From contig JAMCYI010000006.1 in the NCBI GenBank assembly GCA_023474215.1, positions 1,452 through 65,451 on the forward strand: DNA of 64,000 nt, read 5' to 3'. Position 1 is the first letter of the stretch. Each line of letters begins with the position of its first letter. A model generated the notes under the pieces. That model did not search any database. It had not been told where the DNA came from and was given only the letters and a program-made list of their open reading frames with translations. Of the stretch, positions 55,443 through 64,000 are shown piece after piece. The stretch is from Patescibacteria group bacterium. GTDB lineage: Bacteria; Patescibacteriota; Minisyncoccia; UBA6257; GWB1-50-10. A program made the translations under genes and the position numbers.

Positions 55443-57136
55443 ATGATTTCTTTCTGATAACATTCTTCACAATAAATGATTTCCTTGCTTTCCGGAGAAA
55501 AACTCGTCTCGAACTCGTTCGGGCACCGGCCGGAATGATCATGATCCGGTTTCTCGCACATGCAATTGCGGTGCCACGTTTTGTTCGGCCCGCGCGCCGC
55601 GAACCGCCGTTCGTGTCGGCAATCCGGGCACTCGCGCGGGAGCGAAATCTCCAGGTGTTTGTAAAACTCGAATTCGCTCGGGATGATGCGGAAATTTTTC
55701 TTGCATTTCACGCAAACGAAGATCTCCTTCGGCACGTCGATACTCCCGACGTCGCGAATCGAATCGGGTATTTTGTCCCATGGTATCGTTTCCTTGCCGT
55801 AGGTCCCCCGCGGATGGTCCTCCCACTTGAACCCCTGCCGCAACGCTTCTTCTTTCGTGAGAGGAAACTGGCCCTCTGCGGCCGTCTCGTTGTATCCGAA
55901 GGCACTGACGGATGCCGGGAAGAATTCTCCGTAGATCCCCTCCTCCCTCATTTTCGCGATGATCTCCTTCCGCAATGTTCTGTACTCTTCGGGCGAATAT
56001 TGCTTATTCAGGATGCAGTAATTCTGCTTTCGGAGGCCCGTGCATCCGAAGCAGTTCGTGCAGTTGAAGCAGTAGGAAGAATAGTCCATGAAACTCGATG
56101 ACCAGCAGACGGCGGTGGCAACATAATGCGAGACGTCGATGCCGGCATTGATCGAATTGTAGACCAGCTCCGCGCTTCTGCCCGCCGTGTCGGCATCGAC
56201 GCAATCTTTCGCGTTCCGCCAGATATGGACGCCGTATTTACTGTCCTCGGAATCGTAGCAGTGGAAGCATGACTTGCAATTCTTCGCGTCTTCGATGTAG
56301 TTCCCCGAAGAGCCGGGCGAGTTGTAGACCTGAGCGAACCGGCGCGGCTCCGTCATCGCGAAATCCTCGAATTTCTTTTTAAATTCCTCGAGACCGGTCC
56401 ACGTATCGAACCGCGCTTCTTCGAGGAACTTTTCGTAATCTTCTTTCGAGACCGGTTTGTTGAAAATGTGGTACTGCTTATTGAACAGATTGACGCAACC
56501 CACGCAATTCGAGCAGCCGCGGCAATCAAGGAGAAAATACCCGTCGTGCGAATCGTGGCATCCCTTGCTCCAAAACAAACGGTACGAGTTATAGCAGTCG
56601 TCGCTCTCGTACGAAAGTTCCGTCTTGCTCGCGAAGGACGTATCGACGCAATCCTTGCACTCTTGGATCCAGTAGCAGTGGGTACATCCCTCGTTGTTCG
56701 ACGACTCCACGAGCATATAACAATTCTTGTTGTCGGCCGATATGTTCACATACTCGGAGTTGACGCTCCGCTCGTGCATCAGACCGACCTTCGGCACTTT
56801 GTTCCAAAGTTCGGCGAACTGATCTAAGAACGGCTTTGCGAGGTCGTACTCAATACCGAGATCGCGACCATCCCAGCCGTCGGAAAACCAGCAATCGTGG
56901 CACCACACCGCGTACGGTTTATTCGGACTGTACATCGAGATGCCATCCTTGCCGCATTTGTCGCACTTCCGGGAATAGAATGAGCGTTCATTTCTGAACG
57001 CCAATCTTCTTTGTGCGCGGCACGCCGGGCACAGCCTAGGCGAAAGAACGTCCATCTTTTCGTAAAAACCAAAATCCTCCGGTTCGATGGCAAATTCCTC
57101 ATGGCAATTCTGACAAATTTTCTTCTCGGGAGACAT
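55439..57136 (-). CDS. Cys-rich multi-zinc-ribbon paralog family, member 9 (565 aa)
   Basis: Same architecture. Confidence 0.6.
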   Translation of the reverse strand: MSPEKKICQNCHEEFAIEPEDFGFYEKMDVLSPRLCPACRAQRRLAFRNERSFYSRKCDKCGKDGISMYSPNKPYAVWCHDCWFSDGWDGRDLGIEYDLAKPFLDQFAELWNKVPKVGLMHERSVNSEYVNISADNKNCYMLVESSNNEGCTHCYWIQECKDCVDTSFASKTELSYESDDCYNSYRLFWSKGCHDSHDGYFLLDCRGCSNCVGCVNLFNKQYHIFNKPVSKEDYEKFLEEARFDTWTGLEEFKKKFEDFAMTEPRRFAQVYNSPGSSGNYIEDAKNCKSCFHCYDSEDSKYGVHIWRNAKDCVDADTAGRSAELVYNSINAGIDVSHYVATAVCWSSSFMDYSSYCFNCTNCFGCTGLRKQNYCILNKQYSPEEYRTLRKEIIAKMREEGIYGEFFPASVSAFGYNETAAEGQFPLTKEEALRQGFKWEDHPRGTYGKETIPWDKIPDSIRDVGSIDVPKEIFVCVKCKKNFRIIPSEFEFYKHLEISLPRECPDCRHERRFAARGPNKTWHRNCMCEKPDHDHSGRCPNEFETSFSPESKEIIYCEECYQKEII

Positions 57137-57139
57137 GTA

Positions 57140-57262
57140 GAAATTTTACATCAAATATAGGGCTCTCGGCAGTCCTCCGGATTCCCGAGGACCAAAAAAA
57201 GCGAGCGGGGCGCCCATGGTGCCCCGCCCGCGATACCCCCGAGCTGCCTTCGGTGTTCGGGG
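57140..57262 (-). terminator. cluster of three GC hairpins between array members 10 and 9
   Basis: Inverted repeats gcggggc/gccccgc and cccccga/tcggggg seen directly. Confidence 0.4.
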
Positions 57263-57265
57263 GGG

Positions 57266-58972
57266 TTAGGCCGTCAGTTCACTGTAGCATTTCTTGCAAA
57301 GGATGTTTTGGGCATCGTGATTACTGATCGATGTCATAAATTCGGCCCCACACTTCGAACACGCTCTCTTTTCCATCTTCAAGTTATCGACCCACTGGTC
57401 GATCTTCTCATCGATCCTGCAGAAAGGACATTCACGGGGCAAGGGGTAGTTCATCTTCCGCAGGAACTCCAATTCGTCTCGTATCAACCGGAACCCCCTG
57501 CCACACTTGGCACAGCCGATAATTTCATTCAAAAGATCATCCGGCGCGTCTTTAATGTGATCCGGCAGATCGGCTGCTTTTTTCGTTACCTCGTATTCCT
57601 TTTTTTCGATATTTCGCCATCCGTATCCTTCGGCGCGAGCGGCATCTTCGGTCAGTGGAAAAAAATTCTGGGCCAGAGTTTCATTGTAGGAAAACGTGCT
57701 CATTTCGACGGGGAAGAACTCCCCGTATGTATACACCCTCCCCTTCTGGTCCGTATAGGGCATCTCGTCCATATGGCTCTTGATTTTCGGGATCAGAACT
57801 TCATATTCCTCTTTGGTGTATTGTTTGTTCAGAATACAATATTCTTTCTTCTTCAGGGAAACACATCCGAAAACGTGCGCTCCACCGTAAATCAGGAACG
57901 AATATTCGGAATCCATCAAATTCAAACCCGAGCCGTAGTTGAACTTCACCTCGCTCGCGTTTTCGCCCACGTTCGGCGAATCGTAGGAAAGCGTGAGATT
58001 GTTCCCCCAGCTCGTGATGTCGTAGGAATCTCTCGTCCCTGGAAGATACAGCATCGAAAGATATTTTGAATTCTCGGCGCCTAAAACTTCGTAGCATTCC
58101 TTGCAGTTCCGCGATTGGAAAACGTTGTTCCCCGTGCAATTCTCCGTGAATTCGTCGAAAACCGGTTTCGGCGGGAATTTTTTCCAGTGCTCTTCGGCGA
58201 GTTTTTGGATTTCCCGATACTCACGGTATGACCCCAAATCCCACTTTTTAATTTCTTTGAAATAATCTTCTTTCGCATACGGCTTATTGAAGATGTAATA
58301 CTTCTTGTTCCTCAAATTGATCGAGGCGAAGCAGTTCTGGCATCCCCAGCAATATTTGAGGAAATACGAATCAATCGACTCCGTCACCTGCCCCCGGAGA
58401 CCGGCACACCGGTTGCATCGGTAGGCGTGCATCGAGTCGTAGCAAAGCTCGGAATTCATGATGAGTGATGAGTCAAAGACCGATTTACTGTTCGTTGCAT
58501 AAAAACCGTAGGCGGAGTCTTCGTCGAAATCGGCATGGAAGAGCATATACACGTTTTTGTTATTACCGCTCAGGTGCGTGTAGGGTGACGTTTTGAGGGT
58601 CATGAAATCAGTCGAGAGCGCCGGAAGCGGCGCCTCGCTCAGAAACTCACGGAATTGTTCGAAAAACGGACGGGAGAAATCGTAATCGCGGCCGTATGCG
58701 AGCGGATCCCACCGGTCGCTGAACCAGCACGGAACACAGAAGACCCGATACGGAGCATCGGGGGCATAAACCGAAATGGTTTCTTTCCCGCAAAGGTCGC
58801 ACTTCCGCTTATAGAGATTCACGACGTTCATAAACGACAAGCGCCGCCTGAAGCGGCACTCGGGACAAAACGTCGGCGGAGGGACTTTTATCCTTTCATA
58901 AAAAGCGAGATCCTCAGGCTCAATGATAAATTCGCGGCGGCAGTTCTGGCAAACTTCTTTCCGGGAACTCAT
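57266..58972 (-). CDS. Cys-rich multi-zinc-ribbon paralog family, member 10 (568 aa), first gene of the array
   Basis: Same architecture. Confidence 0.6.
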   Translation of the reverse strand: MSSRKEVCQNCRREFIIEPEDLAFYERIKVPPPTFCPECRFRRRLSFMNVVNLYKRKCDLCGKETISVYAPDAPYRVFCVPCWFSDRWDPLAYGRDYDFSRPFFEQFREFLSEAPLPALSTDFMTLKTSPYTHLSGNNKNVYMLFHADFDEDSAYGFYATNSKSVFDSSLIMNSELCYDSMHAYRCNRCAGLRGQVTESIDSYFLKYCWGCQNCFASINLRNKKYYIFNKPYAKEDYFKEIKKWDLGSYREYREIQKLAEEHWKKFPPKPVFDEFTENCTGNNVFQSRNCKECYEVLGAENSKYLSMLYLPGTRDSYDITSWGNNLTLSYDSPNVGENASEVKFNYGSGLNLMDSEYSFLIYGGAHVFGCVSLKKKEYCILNKQYTKEEYEVLIPKIKSHMDEMPYTDQKGRVYTYGEFFPVEMSTFSYNETLAQNFFPLTEDAARAEGYGWRNIEKKEYEVTKKAADLPDHIKDAPDDLLNEIIGCAKCGRGFRLIRDELEFLRKMNYPLPRECPFCRIDEKIDQWVDNLKMEKRACSKCGAEFMTSISNHDAQNILCKKCYSELTA

Positions 58973-58974
58973 AA

Positions 58975-59163
58975 CTACTCCGCGTCATCGCCTTCCTCTT
59001 CCACATTAATATGATTCTCGGTAAGGAACCCGGCTTCCTTCAGTTTTTTCTGCTGCATTTTGAAAATCCTCTTGCATCGAGCGGTTAAAATCAAACCCCT
59101 CACGATCTTGTACGCGAGAAAAAGAATGACTAATCCTATTACGATGTACCAAAAAACATTCAT
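58975..59163 (-). CDS. small single-TM protein (62 aa) immediately upstream of array member 10
   Basis: One hydrophobic helix and an acidic tail. 2-nt gap to the next gene. Confidence 0.4.
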   Translation of the reverse strand: MNVFWYIVIGLVILFLAYKIVRGLILTARCKRIFKMQQKKLKEAGFLTENHINVEEEGDDAE

Positions 59164-59172
59164 CGTAAGAGT

Positions 59173-59201
59173 ATTATATCACAAATATGATGAAAAATCA
59201 A
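59173..59201 (-). promoter_or_regulatory. near-consensus sigma70 promoter TTGATT-N17-TATAAT on the minus strand, about 10 nt upstream of the 58975..59163 start (near-leaderless)
   Basis: Motif and spacing read directly from the reverse complement of 59166..59212. Confidence 0.5.
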
Positions 59202-59212
59202 GATTTCTTTTT

Positions 59213-59518
59213 CTATCCCACAACCGTCGTCATCCATTCCTTGTATGCCCTATTGACGCGTCGAACATCCACGACCGCAACAAGCGGCGTTGAATAGGAA
59301 TGGTTTTGGTGAATGAGATCTTCGACATCCTGCACTTTCGATTCATTGGTCTTAATGAGAAGCGCATACTCGTTCTCACACTTCATTTTCCCCTCCCAGG
59401 TATAGCACGATTCAATCGGCCATGTGTTGACGCACGCGGCGATCTTCCGCTCGACGATGAGCTTTGCAAGCTTTCTGGCTTCCTCAACGCCTTCACAGGT
59501 TGAATAAATAAAAACCAT
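59213..59518 (-). CDS. cutA: divalent-cation tolerance protein CutA
   Basis: 101-aa CutA1-like sequence ('..KLAACVN...SIYTWEG...E..LL.KT'). Confidence 0.7.
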   Translation of the reverse strand: MVFIYSTCEGVEEARKLAKLIVERKIAACVNTWPIESCYTWEGKMKCENEYALLIKTNESKVQDVEDLIHQNHSYSTPLVAVVDVRRVNRAYKEWMTTVVG

Positions 59519-59589
59519 ACTTCAATTTATTTACTTTTTACTCGACCTTTGGAGAAAAAATGAAGAAATCCAAATTCCAAATGTCAAAT

Positions 59590-59743
59590 CAATGCTCAAA
59601 ATCCTAATTTCAAAATCCTAAATCCTAAATAAACCCCCCAATACTCTAAATTCAAAATTCTAAACGCATGTTTTGGTCATTAAAATTTGTATTTCGATAT
59701 TGTTCAGGATTTGGTGCTTAGGATTTAGAATTTTAAACCAGGG
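59590..59743. repeat. second copy of the ~150-bp inverted-repeat AT-rich element (see 14225..14356)
   Basis: Aligns with the first copy at roughly 80% identity. Same orientation on the + strand although the flanking genes are on the opposite strand. Confidence 0.55.
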
Positions 59744-61190
59744 GCTCCGGTGTTTGATCGTTCGCGTCGGCGGGCTTCCCCGTGATAGCTGCCTTTTCTT
59801 GAGCGCTCCGCCAAATGCCGGCTTCTTCCTCGGCGATAAGTTTTTTCGCGGCATCCGCCGAAATGGAATATTTTTCGCGCGAACGTTTGATAATCTCGTC
59901 CTTGAACGAGGGATGGGTCGGCGGCAAAACGCGCAACGTTTCCGCCGAGAATGGATCGTAGGTTTCGCCGTCAATCGTCATTTTGATGTAAATTTGGCCC
60001 ATGCCGAGATTGATCATATCCTTCACGTCAAAAACCGGCGCCATTTCCGGCTTCAGCTTTACCGCATCTTCACCGCCGACACGGAAAATAATGATAGTTC
60101 CGGTATTCCCCAAAACGGCGGCTTGCACCTTCGGCAGCAGCTGTCCGACGTACTGGTGGGCAACGGTAAGGCAAAGGCCGTACTTCCTGGCTTCCGACAA
60201 AAGGTTTTCGAACGTATCGGTCACGAGATTCTGAAACTCATCGACATACAGATAAAAGTCGTTCCGCTCGGCTTGCGGCAAGGTTGCCCGCGCCATACCC
60301 GCTTGCTTAATCTTCGTAATGAACATCGATCCGAAGAAGCTTGAATTTTCTTCGCCGATCTTCCCCTTCGAGAGATTGATAAGGATGATCTTTTTGTCGT
60401 TCATTAATTTCTCGAGGTCGATTTTGTTCTCCTTTTGGCCGAAGATGTTCCGGAGCATCGGATTCGAAAGGAATTGGCCGAGTTTGTTCACCAAAGGAAT
60501 GATGGCTTCCGTATCGAATTTCTCCGACCAGTCGGCGAACTCGATAGCCCAAAAGCGTTTCACCATGTCGTCTTCGATGTACTCCACAACCTTTTGGCGG
60601 TAGTTTCGGTCGGAAAGCATCGAAATCATGCCGCGCATCGTAGCATGTGGATAATCGAGGAGTGCAAGGCATGTGAACCGGAATACGTGCTCCAAGCGGG
60701 GCGTCCAGTTCGCGCCGAATTGTTTTTCCATAACCTCGATCAAACCTTGCGTCAGCTGATGTTTGAACGAAGGATCGATGTTTGCAAGCGGGTTGAATGA
60801 TGCCGGATATTCGATATCAGAGGGGTCGATGATGCACACATCGTCGATACGGTTTTCGGGAATGGACGGGAGGATGTCGTCGATGGTATCGCCGTGCGGA
60901 TCGATCAAGCAAAGACCGTACCCGTATTCAATATCCTGCCTGACCAAAAGTTCCATCAGCTTCGATTTGCCGACGCCGCTTTTGCCGATGATATAGGTAT
61001 GCCGGCGGCGATCGACCCGCTTCAGGCCGAAAATGAATTTTTTTTCCTCGAGCGAAGCGACATAGTTCGTCCGGCCGATGTACGATATCTCGGACGGTGA
61101 GATGTTGCCGTAAACCGGGAGTTGCGGCGGCGGCGGCGCATACTTGATGATCTGTAACCTGGTTTGTCTTTGTTGCGGTTGTTGTGCCAT
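59733..61190 (-). CDS. VirD4/TraD/TrwB-like coupling-protein-family P-loop ATPase (second paralog)
   Basis: Walker A 'IIGKSGVGKS', Walker B 'LYVDEFQNL', 'VAHQYVGQL'. Confidence 0.6.
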   Translation of the reverse strand: MAQQPQQRQTRLQIIKYAPPPPQLPVYGNISPSEISYIGRTNYVASLEEKKFIFGLKRVDRRRHTYIIGKSGVGKSKLMELLVRQDIEYGYGLCLIDPHGDTIDDILPSIPENRIDDVCIIDPSDIEYPASFNPLANIDPSFKHQLTQGLIEVMEKQFGANWTPRLEHVFRFTCLALLDYPHATMRGMISMLSDRNYRQKVVEYIEDDMVKRFWAIEFADWSEKFDTEAIIPLVNKLGQFLSNPMLRNIFGQKENKIDLEKLMNDKKIILINLSKGKIGEENSSFFGSMFITKIKQAGMARATLPQAERNDFYLYVDEFQNLVTDTFENLLSEARKYGLCLTVAHQYVGQLLPKVQAAVLGNTGTIIIFRVGGEDAVKLKPEMAPVFDVKDMINLGMGQIYIKMTIDGETYDPFSAETLRVLPPTHPSFKDEIIKRSREKYSISADAAKKLIAEEEAGIWRSAQEKAAITGKPADANDQTPEPLV

Positions 61191-61193
61191 GTT

Positions 61194-61733
61194 CTACTTT
61201 AAGGCCCGTAGGGTCCTTAGAAACGATTCATACACGCGAAGCATTTCCTCCGCCTCCTCCTTTTTTAACTCAAAGCCAGGCGTATGAACTAATTCGTTCC
61301 GGAGCTTGTGCGCCCGCCAGAGATCTTCGATCTGATTGAAGTCGTCGTAGGTGAAGTGTTGCAACCGATCGGCCATATGTTCTCCCGGGAGTCCCATTTG
61401 TTTCAATGCGGAATCGACGAGATTGTCGGCCGATATGACGGCGAGCATGAGCGATTGCGCTTTTCCTTCCCGCGCCTTTTCTTCGATGCCCGACCAATGC
61501 GCCGCAAAGTTCGCCGTATTGAAGGAAAAAGGTTTTGCTTCCATCCCTGACCCTTCCTTCTTGCCTTCAACCCCTTCTTCTTCGAACTCCCCTTCAATGG
61601 GCGGGCGGATCTCCCACCCCTTTGCAAAATAAATTATCGTCGCCACGAAAAGGATCACATCCAAAACGATGAACGCGATGCGGAAACCGCCATAGAGTCC
61701 TTCCCAATTGATCGCTTCAAAAAAATGGATCAT
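61194..61733 (-). CDS. membrane-anchored protein with a HEPN-like Rx4H motif (RNELVH) in the C-terminal helical domain
   Basis: N-terminal TM helix. Acidic linker. C-terminal helical domain with 'HKLRNELVHTPG'. Confidence 0.35.
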   Translation of the reverse strand: MIHFFEAINWEGLYGGFRIAFIVLDVILFVATIIYFAKGWEIRPPIEGEFEEEGVEGKKEGSGMEAKPFSFNTANFAAHWSGIEEKAREGKAQSLMLAVISADNLVDSALKQMGLPGEHMADRLQHFTYDDFNQIEDLWRAHKLRNELVHTPGFELKKEEAEEMLRVYESFLRTLRALK

Positions 61734-61737
61734 TTGA

Positions 61738-63165
61738 TTACTTATACCGCTCTATTTCTTCGTCGGCGCCGAAGATGGCGAGCCCTGCCGACGGGCCTGT
61801 CTTTCTGCTTTCGAGATGTCTCAAATGCGGTTCCGTGAGAACGATGGACGTTGGGATATGAAAGAGCGTCGCGATGCACTTTGTGTTCATAAGGAAATTT
61901 CTCGATGCGTTCCAGTTGAAGAAATATGAGGTCATGACGCGACCCACCAGGCTTTCGGGAGGAATTTCCCGCTCTTTATAATCAAAGAGGATGCGGGCTT
62001 TACGGTATTCGCCGCGCGTCTTGGGGAAAACGTACGGGCTGCTCCAAAGCTTCGTACGCGTCGAGACATTGTAGTTTTGCGTAAAACCGTTCATATCGAG
62101 CGCCGCATATTGACTGAAGGCGCCGATCAAACCTCGCCGCGGATAGCTGTCCGTAAAGGTGGCGCGCGGTGAAATGTACACGAAACGCGTCAACGTCTCG
62201 AAGGCCGGCTTCGAGAGATTTTCCTCGACGGCTTTCAAAATTTCCGTTTGTCGAGGGCTCCGCATCGTAAACATGCTGAATTCCCCTTCGCCGGGGTTTA
62301 TTTCCGTTTTCGTTCTTTTCGACTGCTGCCGCAATTCCTCCAATTCCACCTTCGAACCATCAAGCCACTTGTCGTAATCGGTCATCGGGTCCTTTCCGGT
62401 CGGCGCAATCAAAAGCTGGATCCCCACAAACTCGTCCTTCATAAGCTTTCCCATAACCTCGAGGAAAGATGAAATGGGATCGAATCTTTTTTCTTCGTCG
62501 GGGCTCGCTTCGAAATCGGCATACGTTTTAATTGGATACAATTCTTCCTTTTGGAGAAGCATTTCCGTCCCCCACAAATCGAATCCTTCTTCGTACATCG
62601 ACGTAACGCTCTTCGGAAGCCTGTCGATATAGTCGGGTACTTCGATAATATCGATATCCGGATAATACGAAAAGAACGACGCTTCAACCAGATTTTTCAA
62701 GCCAGCGTAAATGCGGATATAAAAATGGATTTCTCCTCCGAAACTCGCCATTTCGAGCGAAAACCACCGCGTCACTTCTCCTTCGATATATTTTTCTTTG
62801 AAATCGGACGGTGCGTTTCTGAGCGCATGGATCGCCGTCAAGACCTGCTCCATCGCTTGAGGGCTTTTTTGAATGTTCCGGGGAACCCGAAGCTCCAAAA
62901 GGACCCACTTCAAAGATTTTTTATACATCTCCCGCTTGTAATGGAGCCACAATTCCTTGAATAAATTGAAGAGAATGATGAAAACCCACAGCCACCACGT
63001 ATATTCGAGGAAATACAAAAAAGCCCTCCAAATGGACGCGGGGCCGGTGAAGGGCACCAAAAAAGATCCGATGAGTCCGGCAACAAAAATAGCAAGCCAG
63101 ATCTCCCACGTCGAGAAGAGATCCTTCAGGATATCGCCAAAACCACCAACAATATCTTTCAGCAT
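61738..63165 (-). CDS. large hypothetical membrane protein (3 N-terminal TM helices plus a ~380-aa soluble domain), operonic with the VirD4-like ATPase
   Basis: Hydrophobic N-terminus. Gaps of 3-5 nt to neighbouring genes. Confidence 0.4.
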   Translation of the reverse strand: MLKDIVGGFGDILKDLFSTWEIWLAIFVAGLIGSFLVPFTGPASIWRAFLYFLEYTWWLWVFIILFNLFKELWLHYKREMYKKSLKWVLLELRVPRNIQKSPQAMEQVLTAIHALRNAPSDFKEKYIEGEVTRWFSLEMASFGGEIHFYIRIYAGLKNLVEASFFSYYPDIDIIEVPDYIDRLPKSVTSMYEEGFDLWGTEMLLQKEELYPIKTYADFEASPDEEKRFDPISSFLEVMGKLMKDEFVGIQLLIAPTGKDPMTDYDKWLDGSKVELEELRQQSKRTKTEINPGEGEFSMFTMRSPRQTEILKAVEENLSKPAFETLTRFVYISPRATFTDSYPRRGLIGAFSQYAALDMNGFTQNYNVSTRTKLWSSPYVFPKTRGEYRKARILFDYKEREIPPESLVGRVMTSYFFNWNASRNFLMNTKCIATLFHIPTSIVLTEPHLRHLESRKTGPSAGLAIFGADEEIERYK

Positions 63166-63203
63166 TCCCTTACGGGAATTATACTACGTTCCGAGCCGGC
63201 TTT

Positions 63204-63962
63204 CTACGCCTCTCGAACGGAGAACCTGCCGTCATCGAGCTTCTTAAAATGATTCTTATTTTGCAGATTCAAGATGACGGTGTTTTCCTTCACCAACCGC
63301 TGAGCCTTCACAAGTTCAATGATCTTGTCCACCTTTTGAGGCCCATTCTTCTTCAAAAGATCCACCAGAACGTCTTTCACCGTTCCCGGCTCGAAGCCGT
63401 GCTCACGAAGCGCGTACATTCCCCTTCCAACCAAAACAAATCGATGATCTTTAATGAGTTCGTTGTGCACCGTTTGAACATGCGGAACTTTTTTGTCCAA
63501 TCCGTATTTATACGAGTACTTGGCAATGTCCGTGAAGTGGAGCGGCGCTCCGTGCTTCCTTAATACCAAGTAGACTCTGTCGCGGATCGTTTTCGGTTCT
63601 ATTTCCGGCCAGCTTTTAAGGCCGAAATCTCCGAAAATGTTCGTCCCGAAGTGCTTCGGGATCGAGAGGAAATGGCACGATGCAAGATCCTTGCACTGGC
63701 CGAGGTATGACTTACTCGTCAAGATCGCCGTTTTTTCTTTCGTGGTCAAAAACTTCGTCATACCGTTCACGAACTCGAGGAATTTCTTCCGCGCATCGTT
63801 CGTTGCATACCAGTAAGCGTTCATTTTGTCATCTTCCTTGGCATACATCGGTTCGTTGGAGACCAACAAAACGAAGCGCACTTTTTCTTTCGCGTTCTTC
63901 GTCTTTGCGTCGATCTTCAGACCGTAAAGGACGTCGTTTAAAAAATCTTCGTCCAGCTTCAC
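63204..63962 (-). CDS. hypothetical protein, GTG start as called. May extend beyond the window edge.
   Basis: 252-aa ORF. The C-terminal basic region could be nucleic-acid binding. Confidence 0.3.
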   Translation of the reverse strand: MKLDEDFLNDVLYGLKIDAKTKNAKEKVRFVLLVSNEPMYAKEDDKMNAYWYATNDARKKFLEFVNGMTKFLTTKEKTAILTSKSYLGQCKDLASCHFLSIPKHFGTNIFGDFGLKSWPEIEPKTIRDRVYLVLRKHGAPLHFTDIAKYSYKYGLDKKVPHVQTVHNELIKDHRFVLVGRGMYALREHGFEPGTVKDVLVDLLKKNGPQKVDKIIELVKAQRLVKENTVILNLQNKNHFKKLDDGRFSVREA

Positions 63963-64000
63963 GCCACCCGCCGACAGGAGGTGTTTTTTCGCAAAATCGA

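Noticed and set aside
1-64000. tRNA/rRNA genes
   Set aside because: All intergenic regions of 70 nt or more were scanned by eye. None showed cloverleaf-compatible arms, an acceptor/T-loop (GTTCRANYC) consensus, or rRNA-like conserved blocks.

Overview
This window is a gene-dense stretch of a bacterial chromosome with moderately high GC. Judged by eye it resembles a small-genome CPR/Patescibacteria-like organism: there are many small membrane proteins, weak Shine-Dalgarno sequences, GC-rich hairpin terminators, a short AspRS that lacks the GAD insertion, ComEC, and two VirD4/TraD-like ATPases.

Housekeeping genes I could recognise:
- glycolysis-related: enolase, PEP synthase, MOFRL-type glycerate kinase, D-2-hydroxyacid dehydrogenase
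- nucleic-acid and translation: nth, ndk, aspS, mnmA, efp
- other: pepA (M17), a GH1 beta-glucosidase, a P-type ATPase, a CcdA plus thioredoxin-like pair, and an arsR–thioredoxin-like–permease operon

The outstanding feature is a roughly 20-kb same-strand (minus) tandem array of 10 diverged paralogs, each about 565-600 aa, at 38.7-59.0 kb.
- The proteins are Cys-rich and appear cytoplasmic. Each has paired zinc-ribbon-like CxxC motifs at both termini, an internally duplicated 'CxxCFGCxxLRxKxYCILNKQYSKEEYE' module, and a variable central region. I do not recognise the family.
- A MazG-like gene is embedded in the array with translational coupling.
- An insertion interrupts the array. It carries a hypothetical gene, an MFS transporter, and an excisionase-like HTH on the opposite strand.
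- The array is bounded by a strong promoter, a small membrane protein gene and cutA on one side, and by pepA on the other.

Several dispersed non-coding repeat families are present:
- a 41-nt conserved core held inside variable, compensatory helices with a conserved 'gctcgc'+T-run tail, at 3 loci
- a ~150-bp inverted-repeat MITE-like element, at 2 loci
- a tandem ~29-nt 'aatttttgaaggagagcgggggg' repeat, at 3 loci
- an identical 29-nt hairpin at 2 loci

Also present are a second MazG-like gene, and a second VirD4/TraD-like ATPase that sits in an apparent operon with a membrane-anchored HEPN-motif protein and a large membrane protein.

Many alternate-frame ORFs in the supplied ORF track are antisense artefacts of high GC and were not called. 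A few manually derived coordinates may be off by ±1.
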